DNA of 64,000 nt from Thermovirgaceae bacterium. Lineage in GTDB: Bacteria; Synergistota; Synergistia; Synergistales; Thermovirgaceae. The stretch lies in NCBI GenBank assembly GCA_040767805.1, contig JAXGNU010000001.1:192001-256000 (forward strand). The letters run 5' to 3'. The first letter of the stretch is position 1. Each line of letters begins with the position of its first letter. The notes below the pieces were generated by a model. That model saw nothing but the letters and a program-made list of their open reading frames with translations, did not search any database and was not told the DNA's origin. The position numbers were made by a program, and so were the translations under genes. Shown here one piece after another: positions 28,460-39,117 of the stretch.

Positions 28460-29671
28460 CTAGAAGTTGGAGACGGTCTTGATCCTCCCCGGGTAGGCCT
28501 CGAGGCCGGCTTTGAGTATGTCCATGGCCCTGGTCAGGTCCTCCTTCTTGAGGACGTAGGCCAGGCGGACCTCATCCCTGCCCAGGTTGGGCGTGGCGTA
28601 GAAGCCCTCGGCCGGGGCCATCATGACGGTCTCGTTATCGACGTGGAAGTCCTTCAGCATCCAGATGACGAATTTCTCGGCGTTGTCTACGGGGAGCTTG
28701 GCCACCACGTAGAAGGCGCCCTTGGGCTCCTCGCAGATTACCCCGGGCATCTCCTTGATCTTGGAGTAGAGTATGTCCCGGCGGGACTGGTATTCCTTGT
28801 TGACCTCCTCCAGGTAGGACCGGGGCGTTTTGTAGAGGGCCACGGCCCCGACCTGCTCCAGGGTGGGCACGCAGAGCCGGCCCTGGGCCAGTTTCATGGC
28901 CTGGGCCATGAGTTCTTCGTTCTTGGAGATCATGCAGCCTATCCTGGCGCCGCAGGCGCTGTACCGCTTGGAGATGGAGTCGACGAGGATGACCCTGTCC
29001 TCTATCCTCTTCATGTTGCCGAAGCTGGTGTACTTCAGGCCGTCGTAGACGAACTCCCGGTAGACCTCGTCGGAGATGACGTAGAGGTCCTTCTCCAACG
29101 CTATGTCGGCGATCATCTCCATCTCTTCCTTCGTGTAGATGACGCCCGTGGGGTTGCCGGGGTTCGAGAAGAGGATCCCCCTCGTCTGATGAGTGATCTT
29201 CTTCAGGATATCGGCCTTGGGGGGGAGGTGGAAGCCTTCCCTGGCCTTGGTCGTGATGGGGACGAGTTTCACGTTGACGGAAGAGGCGAAAGCGTTGTAG
29301 TTAGCGTAGAATGGCTCGGGGACGAGCACCTCGTCGCCGGGGTCGCAGGTGGCCATGAAAGCGAAGGAGAGGGCTTCGCTGCCTCCGTTGGTGACGATGA
29401 GATGCTTCCTCTCGAGGTGGATGTCGTAACCCTTGTAATACCCTATCATGGCGTCTATCAACTCGTAGCTGCCATTGGAGGCCGAATAGGCGATGACGTC
29501 CTCGGCGAAATTCTTGATGGACTCCAGGAAACCCGGGGGTGTGACGATGTCGGGCTGCCCGATGTTGAGATGATACACCTTCCGTCCCTCCGCCTTGGCT
29601 GCCTCGGCGTAGGGCACCAGTTTGCGGATGGGCGAAGATTGCATCGACGTTACTCTCTTGGAAAATTTCAT
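28460..29671 (-). CDS. PLP-dependent aminotransferase class I (aspartate AT-like)
   Basis: LNIGQPD, NPGNPTG, SDEVY, SISKRYSACGARIG. Confidence 0.9.
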   Translation of the reverse strand: MKFSKRVTSMQSSPIRKLVPYAEAAKAEGRKVYHLNIGQPDIVTPPGFLESIKNFAEDVIAYSASNGSYELIDAMIGYYKGYDIHLERKHLIVTNGGSEALSFAFMATCDPGDEVLVPEPFYANYNAFASSVNVKLVPITTKAREGFHLPPKADILKKITHQTRGILFSNPGNPTGVIYTKEEMEMIADIALEKDLYVISDEVYREFVYDGLKYTSFGNMKRIEDRVILVDSISKRYSACGARIGCMISKNEELMAQAMKLAQGRLCVPTLEQVGAVALYKTPRSYLEEVNKEYQSRRDILYSKIKEMPGVICEEPKGAFYVVAKLPVDNAEKFVIWMLKDFHVDNETVMMAPAEGFYATPNLGRDEVRLAYVLKKEDLTRAMDILKAGLEAYPGRIKTVSNF

Positions 29672-29809
29672 CTAAAAACTACCTCCCTGTGATAGTGATA
29701 TTTACTGTTACTTATTTTAGCACAATATTTCACATACATAATACACATTACCACCTCGCGGCCCGTAACGGCGGGGAACACCCGAAGGGACCCTTAAGGG
29801 AGGACTCCC

Positions 29810-30166
29810 ATGGCGATCATGAGCCTGAAACAGTTCAGGCGGTCCGTCCGCAAAGCCGTTGAGGCTGTTCCCGGGGAACTGCTGGAACGGCTCAACGGCG
29901 GTTTCATAGTGGAGTCCTCGGTCAAGGAAGAGGGCGGCTACCTCATCATGGGCGAGTATATTGAAGACCCGGGGCTGGGCAATATCATCATCCTCTACTA
30001 CGGGTCCTTCCGAGAGGCGATGGGGGGAGCTCCCCTCGAAGAGTGGGAGGAGGAGATCCTGGAGACGGTGACCCACGAATTGAGGCACCACGTAGAGTCC
30101 CTGGCGGGGGTGGACGATCTTTCCATCGAGGAGGAGCGCCTGCTTCAGGAGGACAACCGTCCGTAG
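29810..30166 (+). CDS. Zincin-like metallopeptidase family protein
   Basis: IILYYGSF, HELRHH. Confidence 0.75.
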   Translation: MAIMSLKQFRRSVRKAVEAVPGELLERLNGGFIVESSVKEEGGYLIMGEYIEDPGLGNIIILYYGSFREAMGGAPLEEWEEEILETVTHELRHHVESLAGVDDLSIEEERLLQEDNRP

Positions 30167-30720
30167 CGGAAGCAGCGCCTCAGATGGTCGTTGACGAGCC
30201 CGACGGCCTGCAGGTGGGAATAGACGACGACGGGGCCCATGAAGGTGAAGCCCCTCCTTTTGAGTTCCCCGCTCACCCGCCGCGACAGGGGGGTCTCGGA
30301 AGGGACCTGCTCCGGGGCGTCCCAACCGCCCACGATGGGTTCCCCTTCAACGAAGCTCCATAACCACCTGGAAAAGGAGCCTTCCTTCTCCACCAGCCCC
30401 AGGAAGGCCCGGGCGTTCGTCACGGCGGCCCGGATCTTTTGCTCATTCCTTATGATGCCTTCATCCCGGAGAAGCCTTTCCAGGTCGCCCTCCCCGTAGG
30501 AGGCAACCCTGGCGGGGTCGAACCCGTGGAAGGCTCCCCGGAAACGCTCCCTTTTCTTCAAAACGGTCAGCCAACTCAGGCCCGCCTGGAAGGACTCGAG
30601 GACCAGGAATTCGAATTGGAGCCCGTCATCGTGGACGGGCACGCCCCACTCACTATCGTGGTAACCCTGGAGGAGCGGGTGCGACTCCGACCAGGGGCAA
30701 CGAACCAGGGGCGGGACCAT
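30145..30720 (-). CDS. tag: DNA-3-methyladenine glycosylase I
   Basis: RCPW, YHDSEWG, LESFQAGLSW, IIRN, NDHLRRC. Confidence 0.93.
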   Translation of the reverse strand: MVPPLVRCPWSESHPLLQGYHDSEWGVPVHDDGLQFEFLVLESFQAGLSWLTVLKKRERFRGAFHGFDPARVASYGEGDLERLLRDEGIIRNEQKIRAAVTNARAFLGLVEKEGSFSRWLWSFVEGEPIVGGWDAPEQVPSETPLSRRVSGELKRRGFTFMGPVVVYSHLQAVGLVNDHLRRCFRYGRLSS

Positions 30721-30784
30721 CCCCGGGCCGAGCGCCTCATAGGCTCGCCGCGGCCCGGGCTTGTCGCTTGGATATCCGCCGGGG

Positions 30785-31981
30785 TCAGCGATAGCGCCGA
30801 GCCTCCTGCTTTTCCTTTTCGAAGTCCGCCCGGATCCTCCGGCGCAGGTCTTCATCGAGGAACACCGCCAGGGCCGTCCTGGCCATCAGCCTGGCTCCCG
30901 TCACCAGGGCCTGGTGGCCCCTTTCGGTGATGGTCGCCTCGGCGAATTCATGGGTATGAAGGGCCATCGGCTCGTCGACGATGCTCAACTTGGGCTGAAG
31001 TGCCGGGCAGCGGTAAGAGACGTTGCCCACGTCCGAAGATCCCTGGGGCCCCGGCGTGGGGACAAAGGGCACCCCTAACTCCGCCAGGACGCCCTCAACG
31101 AATTCCTCCGCAGCGTCGTTCTTGAGCATGTCGTCGAAGCTGTACTCGTAGTTTTTCCAGGTCACTTCCGTCTCCGTGGCCTGGGCCGCGCCGAGGGCGC
31201 AGTTGAATACCCTGGAGACGATGCCGTCGAGGATGGGCCTCTTCGGCGCCCGGAAGTAGAACCTCGCGGCGGCATGCTCCGGCACGATGTTCGGCGCGAG
31301 CCCCCCTTCGGGGATGATGCCGTGGACCCGGGCTTCGGGGATGATGTGCTGGCGGAGCATGTCCACGGCGTGGAAGAAGAGTTGCACCCCGTTAAGGGCG
31401 TTCCTCCCCGCCCAGGGTTCGCTCGCCGCGTGGGCGGGCTTGCCGGTGAAACGGAACTCGACGGCGTCCATGGCGAGGCTGCGGTAACCGGCGTAGGTGG
31501 AGACGTCGCTGCTGTGGACCATCATGGCCAGGTCGAGGGAATCGAACACGCCCTTTTCGGCCAGGACGACCTTGGAACCGTTGGTCTCCTCGGCGGGGGT
31601 CCCCACCAGGATCAGCGCGCCGCCGGTCTTTTCCATGACACCGGCGAGGCCCGCGGCGGCGAGGCCGGACATGGCCCCCGAAAGGTTGTGGCCGCAGCCG
31701 TGGCCGATGCCGGGCAGGGCGTCGTACTCGAACATGAAGCAGACTTTCGGGCCCGCGGGGTCTCCCTTCGTTGAAAAAAAGGAGGTGGCCAGCCCCATGA
31801 AAGGTGTCTGGACGTCGTAGCCGGCCTCTTCAAGGAAGGCCGCGTGCTTTTTACAGGCTTCGAACTCTTTTTCGGACAACTCCGGGTTCCTGGCGAGCCA
31901 GTCGCTTAGGTCGATCGCCCGCTTGGAGAAATGCTTGATCCCCGCCTCGACTTCCTTCCATAGCTCTTTCACATCGGCCAT
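30785..31981 (-). CDS. M20 family amidohydrolase
   Basis: EYDALPGIGHGCGHN, GTPAEE, SSDVGNVS. Confidence 0.88.
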   Translation of the reverse strand: MADVKELWKEVEAGIKHFSKRAIDLSDWLARNPELSEKEFEACKKHAAFLEEAGYDVQTPFMGLATSFFSTKGDPAGPKVCFMFEYDALPGIGHGCGHNLSGAMSGLAAAGLAGVMEKTGGALILVGTPAEETNGSKVVLAEKGVFDSLDLAMMVHSSDVSTYAGYRSLAMDAVEFRFTGKPAHAASEPWAGRNALNGVQLFFHAVDMLRQHIIPEARVHGIIPEGGLAPNIVPEHAAARFYFRAPKRPILDGIVSRVFNCALGAAQATETEVTWKNYEYSFDDMLKNDAAEEFVEGVLAELGVPFVPTPGPQGSSDVGNVSYRCPALQPKLSIVDEPMALHTHEFAEATITERGHQALVTGARLMARTALAVFLDEDLRRRIRADFEKEKQEARRYR

Positions 31982-31995
31982 TACGGGGCACCTCC

Positions 31996-33339
31996 TTATT
32001 CACCGAGAAGGATCCTGCCGCTGGGAGGGCCGACGATCCCGCCCTCCTCCACGACGACCACACCGTTAAGAACGACCCATTTTACCCCTCCCGGAGCGGC
32101 CAGGGGCGCGCCGAACCGGCCCCGGTCCTCATAGGAGTCCGGGTCGATCACTACAAGTTCGGCACCGGCGCCCTCGGCGATACGGCCGCCCCGGTGCCAA
32201 ATCATCTCCGCGGGCCTGGACGTGGCGTGCCTCACCGCTTCGGGCCAGGAAAGACCCGCCTTCCTGAGTATCCCTATGCCCCTGGGGAAGGTGCCCGCGG
32301 CCCTCGGGTGGCCCTCGTCACCCCGGAGCACGGCGTCGGAGGCTATGGCGCTTTCGGGGTGAAGGAGGCACAGGTCCACCTCCTCAGGGTTCATCACGTG
32401 GGCGATGACGTAGGCGTCGGGGTCCTCTTCCCTGGCCCTGGCGAAGAGTTCAGGCGTCAGGGGGATACCCCTGAACCGCCCGGTGGATACCTCCAGGCTC
32501 TCAAGGCCCTTCCCCAGGCGCTGTTCAAAGCCCGGGTCGAAGACGGCCGAACCTATCCTGGCGGCAAAGGCGTAATAGGGATAGACGTCGAAGGTGACAT
32601 CCAGCCCCTCGCGCCGGGCCTGTTCTATCATCCCGAGGGCCTCACGGGAATGGCCGAAGGCCGTCATGCTCCCCAGGTGGGACACCTGGACCCTGACACC
32701 GCTCCGCCTCGAGATCTCGATGGCTTCCGCCACAGCCTCGGGGCTCCTCCGGCCATCGTACCTTATGTGGATAGATATGAACCGGTGCCTGAACCTGGAG
32801 ACGACCTTCGCGAGGCGGAACAGCTCGTCCCGGGAGGTCCCGGGGGCGTACTCGAGCCCGAAGGACAACCCCAGGGCCCCCTCATGGAGGTTTTCCTCGA
32901 GGAGGGTTTCCATCAGCCCGACCTGCTCGGGGGAGGCGGGTGAATACCTGTCCTCGGCCCCGACGGCTTCCCTCAGGGTGGTGGCCCCGATCATGAACCC
33001 CATGTTCAATACGGGATTTTGGCTGAACCAGTCCTTGTAAACCTCCATCATGACCCCCTCGCCACAGTGCCCGCCGATGGCGGTGGTGACGCCCTGCAGC
33101 AGCAGTGACCTGAGAACGGTATAGGGGTCCCCCACCCGGTGTTCGAAGTGCATGTGGGTGTCGATCAGCCCGGGGAGGACCAGGAGCCCCGAGGCGTCGA
33201 GTTCGCGGGTCCCCTTCGGAGCGCCGCGGCCCACGAAAGCGAAAACACCGTCCTTTACGGCCACATCGGCCTTTTTTTCCTCAAGAGAGACCGGGTCGAT
33301 GACGGTCCCGTTCCTCACGACGATATCCATGCCGTTCAC
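31996..33339 (-). CDS. N-acyl-D-amino-acid deacylase-like amidohydrolase
   Basis: PGLIDTHMH, GHCG, GLEYAPG, HIR, SHL, ASDA, HPRAAGTFPR. Confidence 0.85.
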   Translation of the reverse strand: MNGMDIVVRNGTVIDPVSLEEKKADVAVKDGVFAFVGRGAPKGTRELDASGLLVLPGLIDTHMHFEHRVGDPYTVLRSLLLQGVTTAIGGHCGEGVMMEVYKDWFSQNPVLNMGFMIGATTLREAVGAEDRYSPASPEQVGLMETLLEENLHEGALGLSFGLEYAPGTSRDELFRLAKVVSRFRHRFISIHIRYDGRRSPEAVAEAIEISRRSGVRVQVSHLGSMTAFGHSREALGMIEQARREGLDVTFDVYPYYAFAARIGSAVFDPGFEQRLGKGLESLEVSTGRFRGIPLTPELFARAREEDPDAYVIAHVMNPEEVDLCLLHPESAIASDAVLRGDEGHPRAAGTFPRGIGILRKAGLSWPEAVRHATSRPAEMIWHRGGRIAEGAGAELVVIDPDSYEDRGRFGAPLAAPGGVKWVVLNGVVVVEEGGIVGPPSGRILLGE

Positions 33340-34559
33340 CTCCTTGATGCCGCCCCGCAGAAACGGACGGCGACGGACACGTAGGTCCTGAACCCTTCTT
33401 CCAGCTCGTCAAGCGTAATGTACTCCGCCTTGCCGTGGGACCTGGACAGGCTCCCGGGGCCGAACACCACGGTGGGGATCTTGCCGAAATGGCCGAAGAT
33501 GGCCGCGTCGGTCCACCCCCTCCTCGTGGTCATCCTGGGTTCTATGCCGCTGACCTCCCTTATGGAGTCGACGACGGCCTTCACGATGGGGTCGTCGGGC
33601 GAGGTCTCCAGGGGAGCGTGGTAAAAGTGGGCCATCTTGCCCAGGTCCATCAGTTTCAGTTCCGCGCGAAAGGTCGGGTCCTCCCGCGACAGTTCGTCCA
33701 GGACCTCCTGGTACTCGGCGAGGACTTCCTGGAGCGATTCCGACGAAATGTATCTCCTGTCCATCTCGACCACGCAATGATCGGCCACGGTACTCGGCTG
33801 GGTCCCTCCCTCGACGCGGCCGAAGTTCATGACCGACGGCCCCATGTGGGGGTGGTCCCTCAGGGCGAGTTTCGGGACGATCTTCTCCTGGACGCGGTTG
33901 ATGAATTTCGCGGCGTGGACGATGGCGTTAACCCCGTCCTGGGGGACCCCGCCGTGGGCTGCCTTACCGAAGAACTCCACCTCGATCCACTCGAGCCCCC
34001 GGTGGCCGATGGCGTACTCCCGGTCGGAGGGTTCGCCAACGATGGCGCCGTCGGCCCTGAAACCGGACCTGACGAGGGTCTCGCTCCCGTCGCTGTTGGT
34101 CTCCTCGGCCAGGACGCCGGCGAAGATGAGGTCACCCTTGAGGGGGACACCCGACCTTTGAAAGGCCGCGAGGGTCATCAGCATAGCCGCGACGGGCCCC
34201 TTCATGTCCACGGCTCCGCGGCCGAAGATCCTCCCCCCTTCGATCTTCGCCGCGAAGGGTTCGACTTCCATGTCGTAGGGGGGGACCGTGTCGAGGTGCC
34301 CCGAAAGGGCCAGGCTCCTGCCTCCCCCTTCGCCCTTGATAGTAGCGATTATATTGTTCCTTGAACCTTCCACGGGCTGAAGCGTGAAAGGGATATTTTC
34401 ACTGGTCAGGAAGGAGGCCACTGCTTTCACTACTTCTTCCTCCTTGGTGGGCACATCCCAGTGGCTGGGTATCCGGATCAGCCTCGAGGCCAGTTCCGCG
34501 ATCTCCCGGGGAGTTACCTCTGACGCCACCTTCGAAATCAAGGGATCCACGAGGACCAC
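33336..34559 (-). CDS. M20 ArgE/DapE-family deacylase
   Basis: GHLDTVP, GRGAVDMKG, EE, GEP, WTDA. Confidence 0.88.
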   Translation of the reverse strand: MVLVDPLISKVASEVTPREIAELASRLIRIPSHWDVPTKEEEVVKAVASFLTSENIPFTLQPVEGSRNNIIATIKGEGGGRSLALSGHLDTVPPYDMEVEPFAAKIEGGRIFGRGAVDMKGPVAAMLMTLAAFQRSGVPLKGDLIFAGVLAEETNSDGSETLVRSGFRADGAIVGEPSDREYAIGHRGLEWIEVEFFGKAAHGGVPQDGVNAIVHAAKFINRVQEKIVPKLALRDHPHMGPSVMNFGRVEGGTQPSTVADHCVVEMDRRYISSESLQEVLAEYQEVLDELSREDPTFRAELKLMDLGKMAHFYHAPLETSPDDPIVKAVVDSIREVSGIEPRMTTRRGWTDAAIFGHFGKIPTVVFGPGSLSRSHGKAEYITLDELEEGFRTYVSVAVRFCGAASRR

Positions 34560-34614
34560 CTCATTTCCTGGAATTCGGGGAGGGGCGCGGGAACCCCTCC
34601 CCGTTCAGGTTTCC

Positions 34615-36030
34615 CTAGAAAGGCCCGTACTCAATAACGGCGGCGATGAACACCATCACGGACCCCGCGGCGATCCAGAACACCATGAGAGGCCATATGA
34701 ACTTGAACCAGCGCTCGTAGGGCATCTTGGCCATGCCGAGGACGCCCATGAGGGCCGCCGAGGTAGGTATGATCTGGTTCGTGAAACCATCGCCGTACTG
34801 GAAGGCGAGGACCGCGGTCTGCCTGGTGATATTCACCAGGTCGGCCAGGGGTGTCATGATGGGCATGGTGGCAGCGGCCTGCCCGCTCCCCGAGGGTATG
34901 AAGAAGTTTATTACCACGTGGACCCAGAACATGCCCACGGCGGTCATCGCCCCCGGGAGCATGGCGACCCAGGAAGCCAGGGCGTGGATCACCGTGTCCA
35001 CGATCTGCCCCTGGGACATGACCACCAGGATGGCTCGGGCGATACCCACGACAAGAGCTCCAAAGGCTATATCCTTGGCGCCGGCGACAAAGGCCGAAGC
35101 CATCTTGCTCGGGGCCAGGCGACCCACCAGGCCACCGATCACGCCCATGGCGATGAAGACCGTGGAGAGCTCCATTATGTAGAAGCCCTGGGTCATCACC
35201 CCCCAGATCATGTAGGCGAAGCTGGCCAGGATCACGAGCATAACGAACTTGTGAACCCCCGTGAAGGGGAGGTCGGGCGTAACCGTATGGCGGGTCGGGT
35301 CGGATTCAACGAGGTCGTAGACGATGCTCTGGGTGGGGTCGGCCTTGATCTTCGCCGCGTAACGCATGATGTACCAGCAGGCGATGACGAAGAGCATCAC
35401 GTGGCCCGCGAAGCGCAACCCGAGACCGGAGAAGAGGGGAAGCTCGGCGATGCTCTGGGCGACCCCCACCGTGAAGGGGTTCAGGGTGCCCCCGGAGAAA
35501 CCGATATTGGCGCCCGTCGATAAAATGGCCACCCCGACGATGTCGTCGTAACCGACGGCCCTCGCCAGGGCGACCCCGATCGGGATGAAGACGATAACCT
35601 CCTCGGCCATGCCGTAGGTGGCCCCGCCTATGGAGAAGATGAGGAGGGTGATGGGGATCATCAGCTTCTCCTTGCCCTTTAGGCCGAGGACGGCTTTACC
35701 GATGGCGCCGTCGATGGCTCCCGTGGCCTGGATGATCGAGAAGGCGCCGCCGCAGATGAAGATGAAGAAGATTATCTCGGCGGTTTCCTTCATCCCCTTG
35801 GGGACGGACTCGAACATCTTGAAGATGCTCACCGGGGTCCTATCGACATGATGATAGGACAGGGCATCGACCAGGGTCCGTCCGGTCCTTTCGTCCTTGA
35901 ACCTGTCATAGACCCCTGCAGGGAGTATGTAGGTCATGACCGTCGCGAGGATGACGACGGATATCAGGATGACGTAGGTATGAGGGACCTTGACGCGCTT
36001 TTTCTTCTCACTTCCTGCTTCTACCGACAT
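34615..36030 (-). CDS. YfcC-family (DcuC/ArcD-like) transporter
   Basis: VPHTYVIL, NPFTVGVAQ, PSGSGQA, FQYGDG. Confidence 0.88.
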   Translation of the reverse strand: MSVEAGSEKKKRVKVPHTYVILISVVILATVMTYILPAGVYDRFKDERTGRTLVDALSYHHVDRTPVSIFKMFESVPKGMKETAEIIFFIFICGGAFSIIQATGAIDGAIGKAVLGLKGKEKLMIPITLLIFSIGGATYGMAEEVIVFIPIGVALARAVGYDDIVGVAILSTGANIGFSGGTLNPFTVGVAQSIAELPLFSGLGLRFAGHVMLFVIACWYIMRYAAKIKADPTQSIVYDLVESDPTRHTVTPDLPFTGVHKFVMLVILASFAYMIWGVMTQGFYIMELSTVFIAMGVIGGLVGRLAPSKMASAFVAGAKDIAFGALVVGIARAILVVMSQGQIVDTVIHALASWVAMLPGAMTAVGMFWVHVVINFFIPSGSGQAAATMPIMTPLADLVNITRQTAVLAFQYGDGFTNQIIPTSAALMGVLGMAKMPYERWFKFIWPLMVFWIAAGSVMVFIAAVIEYGPF

Positions 36031-36210
36031 CTTGGAACCTCCCTTCGAGAAAAGCACAAACCGTCGGGAAAAACCCCCATTACACGCCTCTTCAGTCCTT
36101 CCCTTCATTCACCTCCCGGTCGGGCTGCCCGGTCCCAGGACCAGTGCCGGGACCGGTCGACTTGTACGACTGCCATCAGCCAGGGTTGCGAGAAACTCCT
36201 TCACGCCTCC

Positions 36211-37362
36211 TCACAGGAGAGCCTGTATTATCAGTTTCGTGAAGAGGACCATGCAGAATATAGCCGTCGGGTAGGTCGCCCCGTAGCCCGCGGAGCATTC
36301 GTCGGACCCCGTCGATTCAATGGCTGCGCCCAGGCCCGGCGTGCTGGTCATGGCCCCCGGTATGGCACCCAGGAATATCACCCAGTTGAGTTTGAAAAAA
36401 CACCTCCCCACGAGGAGACCCGCGAGGAGGCTCGCCATCGCCGAGGCCGCCCCGATGGCCACGAGGGCGAAGCCGTGCTCCGCCAGTATCCTGGGTATGT
36501 CCGGGCCGGCCTGGATGCCCATGACGGCGAGGAAGTAGGCCAGCGAAAAGGTCCGCAGCGCCGAAAGGACCGAACCGTCAAGGCGCATGGGGAAAGGCCC
36601 GATGCTGCCCCTGGCCCCGGCGAAGAGGGCGAAGATCAGGGCGCCTCCCGTGCTCCCCAGGGAGAAATCACCCACCATCGGGATGGGTATCGTGATGGAC
36701 CCGAAGAGGACGCCGCCGATCATGCAGAGGATGAAGGAAGCCAGCGTGAAGGGGACGGACCCCCTCCCCGCGAGAGGGACCGTGCTGGCGTCGCGGATGG
36801 CGTTAACCAGCATCTCCCGTTCCCGCTCGAGGTCCAACTTGAGCAGCGCGGGGAGCAGCTGCACGAAAAGCACCACCGAAACCACCCCGAAGGGGTAGGC
36901 AATGGTGTATCCGATGGTGATGAGGGGGTTCCCCCCGGAGACCTCCAGGGCGGCGCCAAGCCCGGGCGAACTGGTAAGGGCGCCGGTGTAGGTGCCCCCA
37001 ACAAGCAGGGGTTCCACGGAACCTGAGAAGAGGAGCGCCATGAAATAGGTCGCCAACGCCCCGGCGCCGGTCACGGCGACGGAGAGGACAACAAAACGGT
37101 AGCCATACTTTTTTATGACCCCGACGATATCCTTGGAAGACAGGAGCCCGACGGCGGTGACAAAGATCAGCAAGTTCCACATGAAAAAAACGCTGGGTAC
37201 TTTAACGCCCAGCCACCCCATGATGATCCCCGTGAAAAGAGCACCGGAAGTCCCCAGGCCCACTCCCCTTATCTTGAGGTTGCCGAGGACGAGGCCGGTG
37301 AAGACGGCCACGCTGAGCAGAAACATCGAATTGGAAAGCAGTGACTCGAGATAGTCCTCCAT
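36211..37362 (-). CDS. YidE/YbjL (AspT-type) duplication membrane transporter
   Basis: Two repeats, GALTSSPGL and GAMTSTPGL; GYTIAYP. Confidence 0.8.
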   Translation of the reverse strand: MEDYLESLLSNSMFLLSVAVFTGLVLGNLKIRGVGLGTSGALFTGIIMGWLGVKVPSVFFMWNLLIFVTAVGLLSSKDIVGVIKKYGYRFVVLSVAVTGAGALATYFMALLFSGSVEPLLVGGTYTGALTSSPGLGAALEVSGGNPLITIGYTIAYPFGVVSVVLFVQLLPALLKLDLEREREMLVNAIRDASTVPLAGRGSVPFTLASFILCMIGGVLFGSITIPIPMVGDFSLGSTGGALIFALFAGARGSIGPFPMRLDGSVLSALRTFSLAYFLAVMGIQAGPDIPRILAEHGFALVAIGAASAMASLLAGLLVGRCFFKLNWVIFLGAIPGAMTSTPGLGAAIESTGSDECSAGYGATYPTAIFCMVLFTKLIIQALL

Positions 37363-37395
37363 GACCGCTGAGCCCGTCCCTTCGATATGGGTTCT

Positions 37396-38148
37396 CTACG
37401 TCCCCCGGAATCCCAGGCGGCTTGATATCTCGTCGGCCCCGTTCCTGAGGAGGGAAAGCCACGGTTCAACCACATCGGGGGTGAAGGTCTCCTTGGGGCC
37501 GACCAGGCTGAGGCAAGCCCAAACGTTCCCATGCCGGTCCCTTATCGGGGCGGCCATGCCGAAGGCCCCGATGAGGTTCTCCTCGATGCTGACAGCGTAA
37601 CCCTGCCTCTTGATCTTTCGGTACTCCTCCATCAACTTCTCCGGGTCGGTCTCGGTATAAGGGGTTTTTTTCTCGATATTCCTGGACGTGAGAATCCGCC
37701 GGATGCGGTCCTCGGGAAGGAAGGCGGTCAGCAGTTTCCCCAGGGCGCCGGCGTTGAAGGGGAAGCGGTTGCCCGTCTGGCCCTGGTATATGTACTTGTC
37801 GCCGATGCCCAGCTTGTATGCCAGGATCGGGTCATCGCCCTCACGGATGGCGATGAGGACGGAAGCGCCCGTCCGGTCCGCCAGGGAGTGCATTATGGTG
37901 TGGGAGACATCCCAGATGCCCTTGGAATCGCTGTAGACATTACCAAGACGGAAGACGAGGGGGCCGAGGGAGTACTTCTTTGTGGAGGGGTTCTGTACAA
38001 GCAGGCTCTCCTGCACAAGGGACCTGATTATCTTGTGGATGCCGCTCTTTGAGACGCCCATCTCCCTCGAGAGTTCCGTTATTCCCATCTCGTAGGGAGG
38101 GTCGCCGAACCGTTTCAGTATCCGGATGAGCTTTTCGTGGCTGTTCAT
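37396..38148 (-). CDS. IclR-family transcriptional regulator
   Basis: N-terminal HTH, GALGKLL, RQGYAVS, AAPI. Confidence 0.9.
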   Translation of the reverse strand: MNSHEKLIRILKRFGDPPYEMGITELSREMGVSKSGIHKIIRSLVQESLLVQNPSTKKYSLGPLVFRLGNVYSDSKGIWDVSHTIMHSLADRTGASVLIAIREGDDPILAYKLGIGDKYIYQGQTGNRFPFNAGALGKLLTAFLPEDRIRRILTSRNIEKKTPYTETDPEKLMEEYRKIKRQGYAVSIEENLIGAFGMAAPIRDRHGNVWACLSLVGPKETFTPDVVEPWLSLLRNGADEISSRLGFRGT

Positions 38149-38271
38149 TTCCAATCTCCGTTAGCTGGTGGAGAACTGATTTCTCCTCCAAAGAACTCTT
38201 CTATTATTTTTCCGGACAAAGGCCTTTTTGTCAAGGATTAGCTGAATGACGCGGTCCCCACTAAAAGGGAA

Positions 38272-38298
38272 TAAAAAAGGCGGGACCTTGGTCCCGCC
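38272..38298 (-). terminator. Intrinsic terminator after the SYLF gene
   Basis: GGCGGGAC/GTCCCGCC stem plus U tract. Confidence 0.75.
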
Positions 38299-38317
38299 CG
38301 GCACAAACGAAGGGCGC

Positions 38318-39019
38318 CTAATCGGCGGCCTTTTTTACCAGTTCGTCCAGCGCTGAAACCAGGGGCTGGATACTGGTCGCCGTTGCTTTCTTCTGGAGTA
38401 TCTCCTTCGAGTTGATCGATGACCCCCAGTAGGAGGCGTTGGTGTCGTGGTCGGTGGTGATCGCCGCCCCGCTGAGGGAGAGCCCCGCGAAGAGCCCTTT
38501 GTTGAGGGAATAACTGTAGATCGAGGCCTGGAGGTTCACGTCCGTCGCGGCTCCCGCGCTGCGCCCCACCGGGCCCGCGGCGATGTCGATATCGGCCCCC
38601 AGCTTGAACTTGTCGCCGTAGAACCGGTCCATCCCTTTCTGGTTGGTCACCACCAGTAGGAGGGCCGTGGACTGGACACCTATCTGGAGCCCTATGGAAG
38701 CGCCGGTAATGCTCAGGAAATTGGGCCCGTACCAGGTGTTGCTGGAAGCATCACGCCTCAGTATCAACCCCTCCCCGTGGGCACCCCCGATCCCCAGGGC
38801 GGCCTTCACGTAGTTGGGGATGATGACGACCCCCTTGGCGGACTTGACAAGGTCGGCCATAGCGCTGACATCTTCCTCCCTGGACATATCGCGGACTACG
38901 TGCACCGAAGAGGTTATCCTCTCGTTGGCCGTAGCCGCCAGGAGAGGGGCCGGAAGAAGGGGAAGCAGGGACACTGACAAAAGCAAGACTACGGTCACTG
39001 TGCGTTTAGTTCTTCTCAT
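38318..39019 (-). CDS. Lipid-binding SYLF/Ysc84 domain protein, exported
   Basis: GASIGLQIG, AAGPVGR, YSYS.KGLFAG and a signal peptide. Confidence 0.88.
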   Translation of the reverse strand: MRRTKRTVTVVLLLSVSLLPLLPAPLLAATANERITSSVHVVRDMSREEDVSAMADLVKSAKGVVIIPNYVKAALGIGGAHGEGLILRRDASSNTWYGPNFLSITGASIGLQIGVQSTALLLVVTNQKGMDRFYGDKFKLGADIDIAAGPVGRSAGAATDVNLQASIYSYSLNKGLFAGLSLSGAAITTDHDTNASYWGSSINSKEILQKKATATSIQPLVSALDELVKKAAD

Positions 39020-39117
39020 GACTGCCATCTCCTTCACTTTTTTCTGCCGGGACCGTTCTTTGACCGATTATCAAATTTTTGAGGGGCCCTTCCCTTGCGC
39101 AGAGTCCATCGGGGCGC

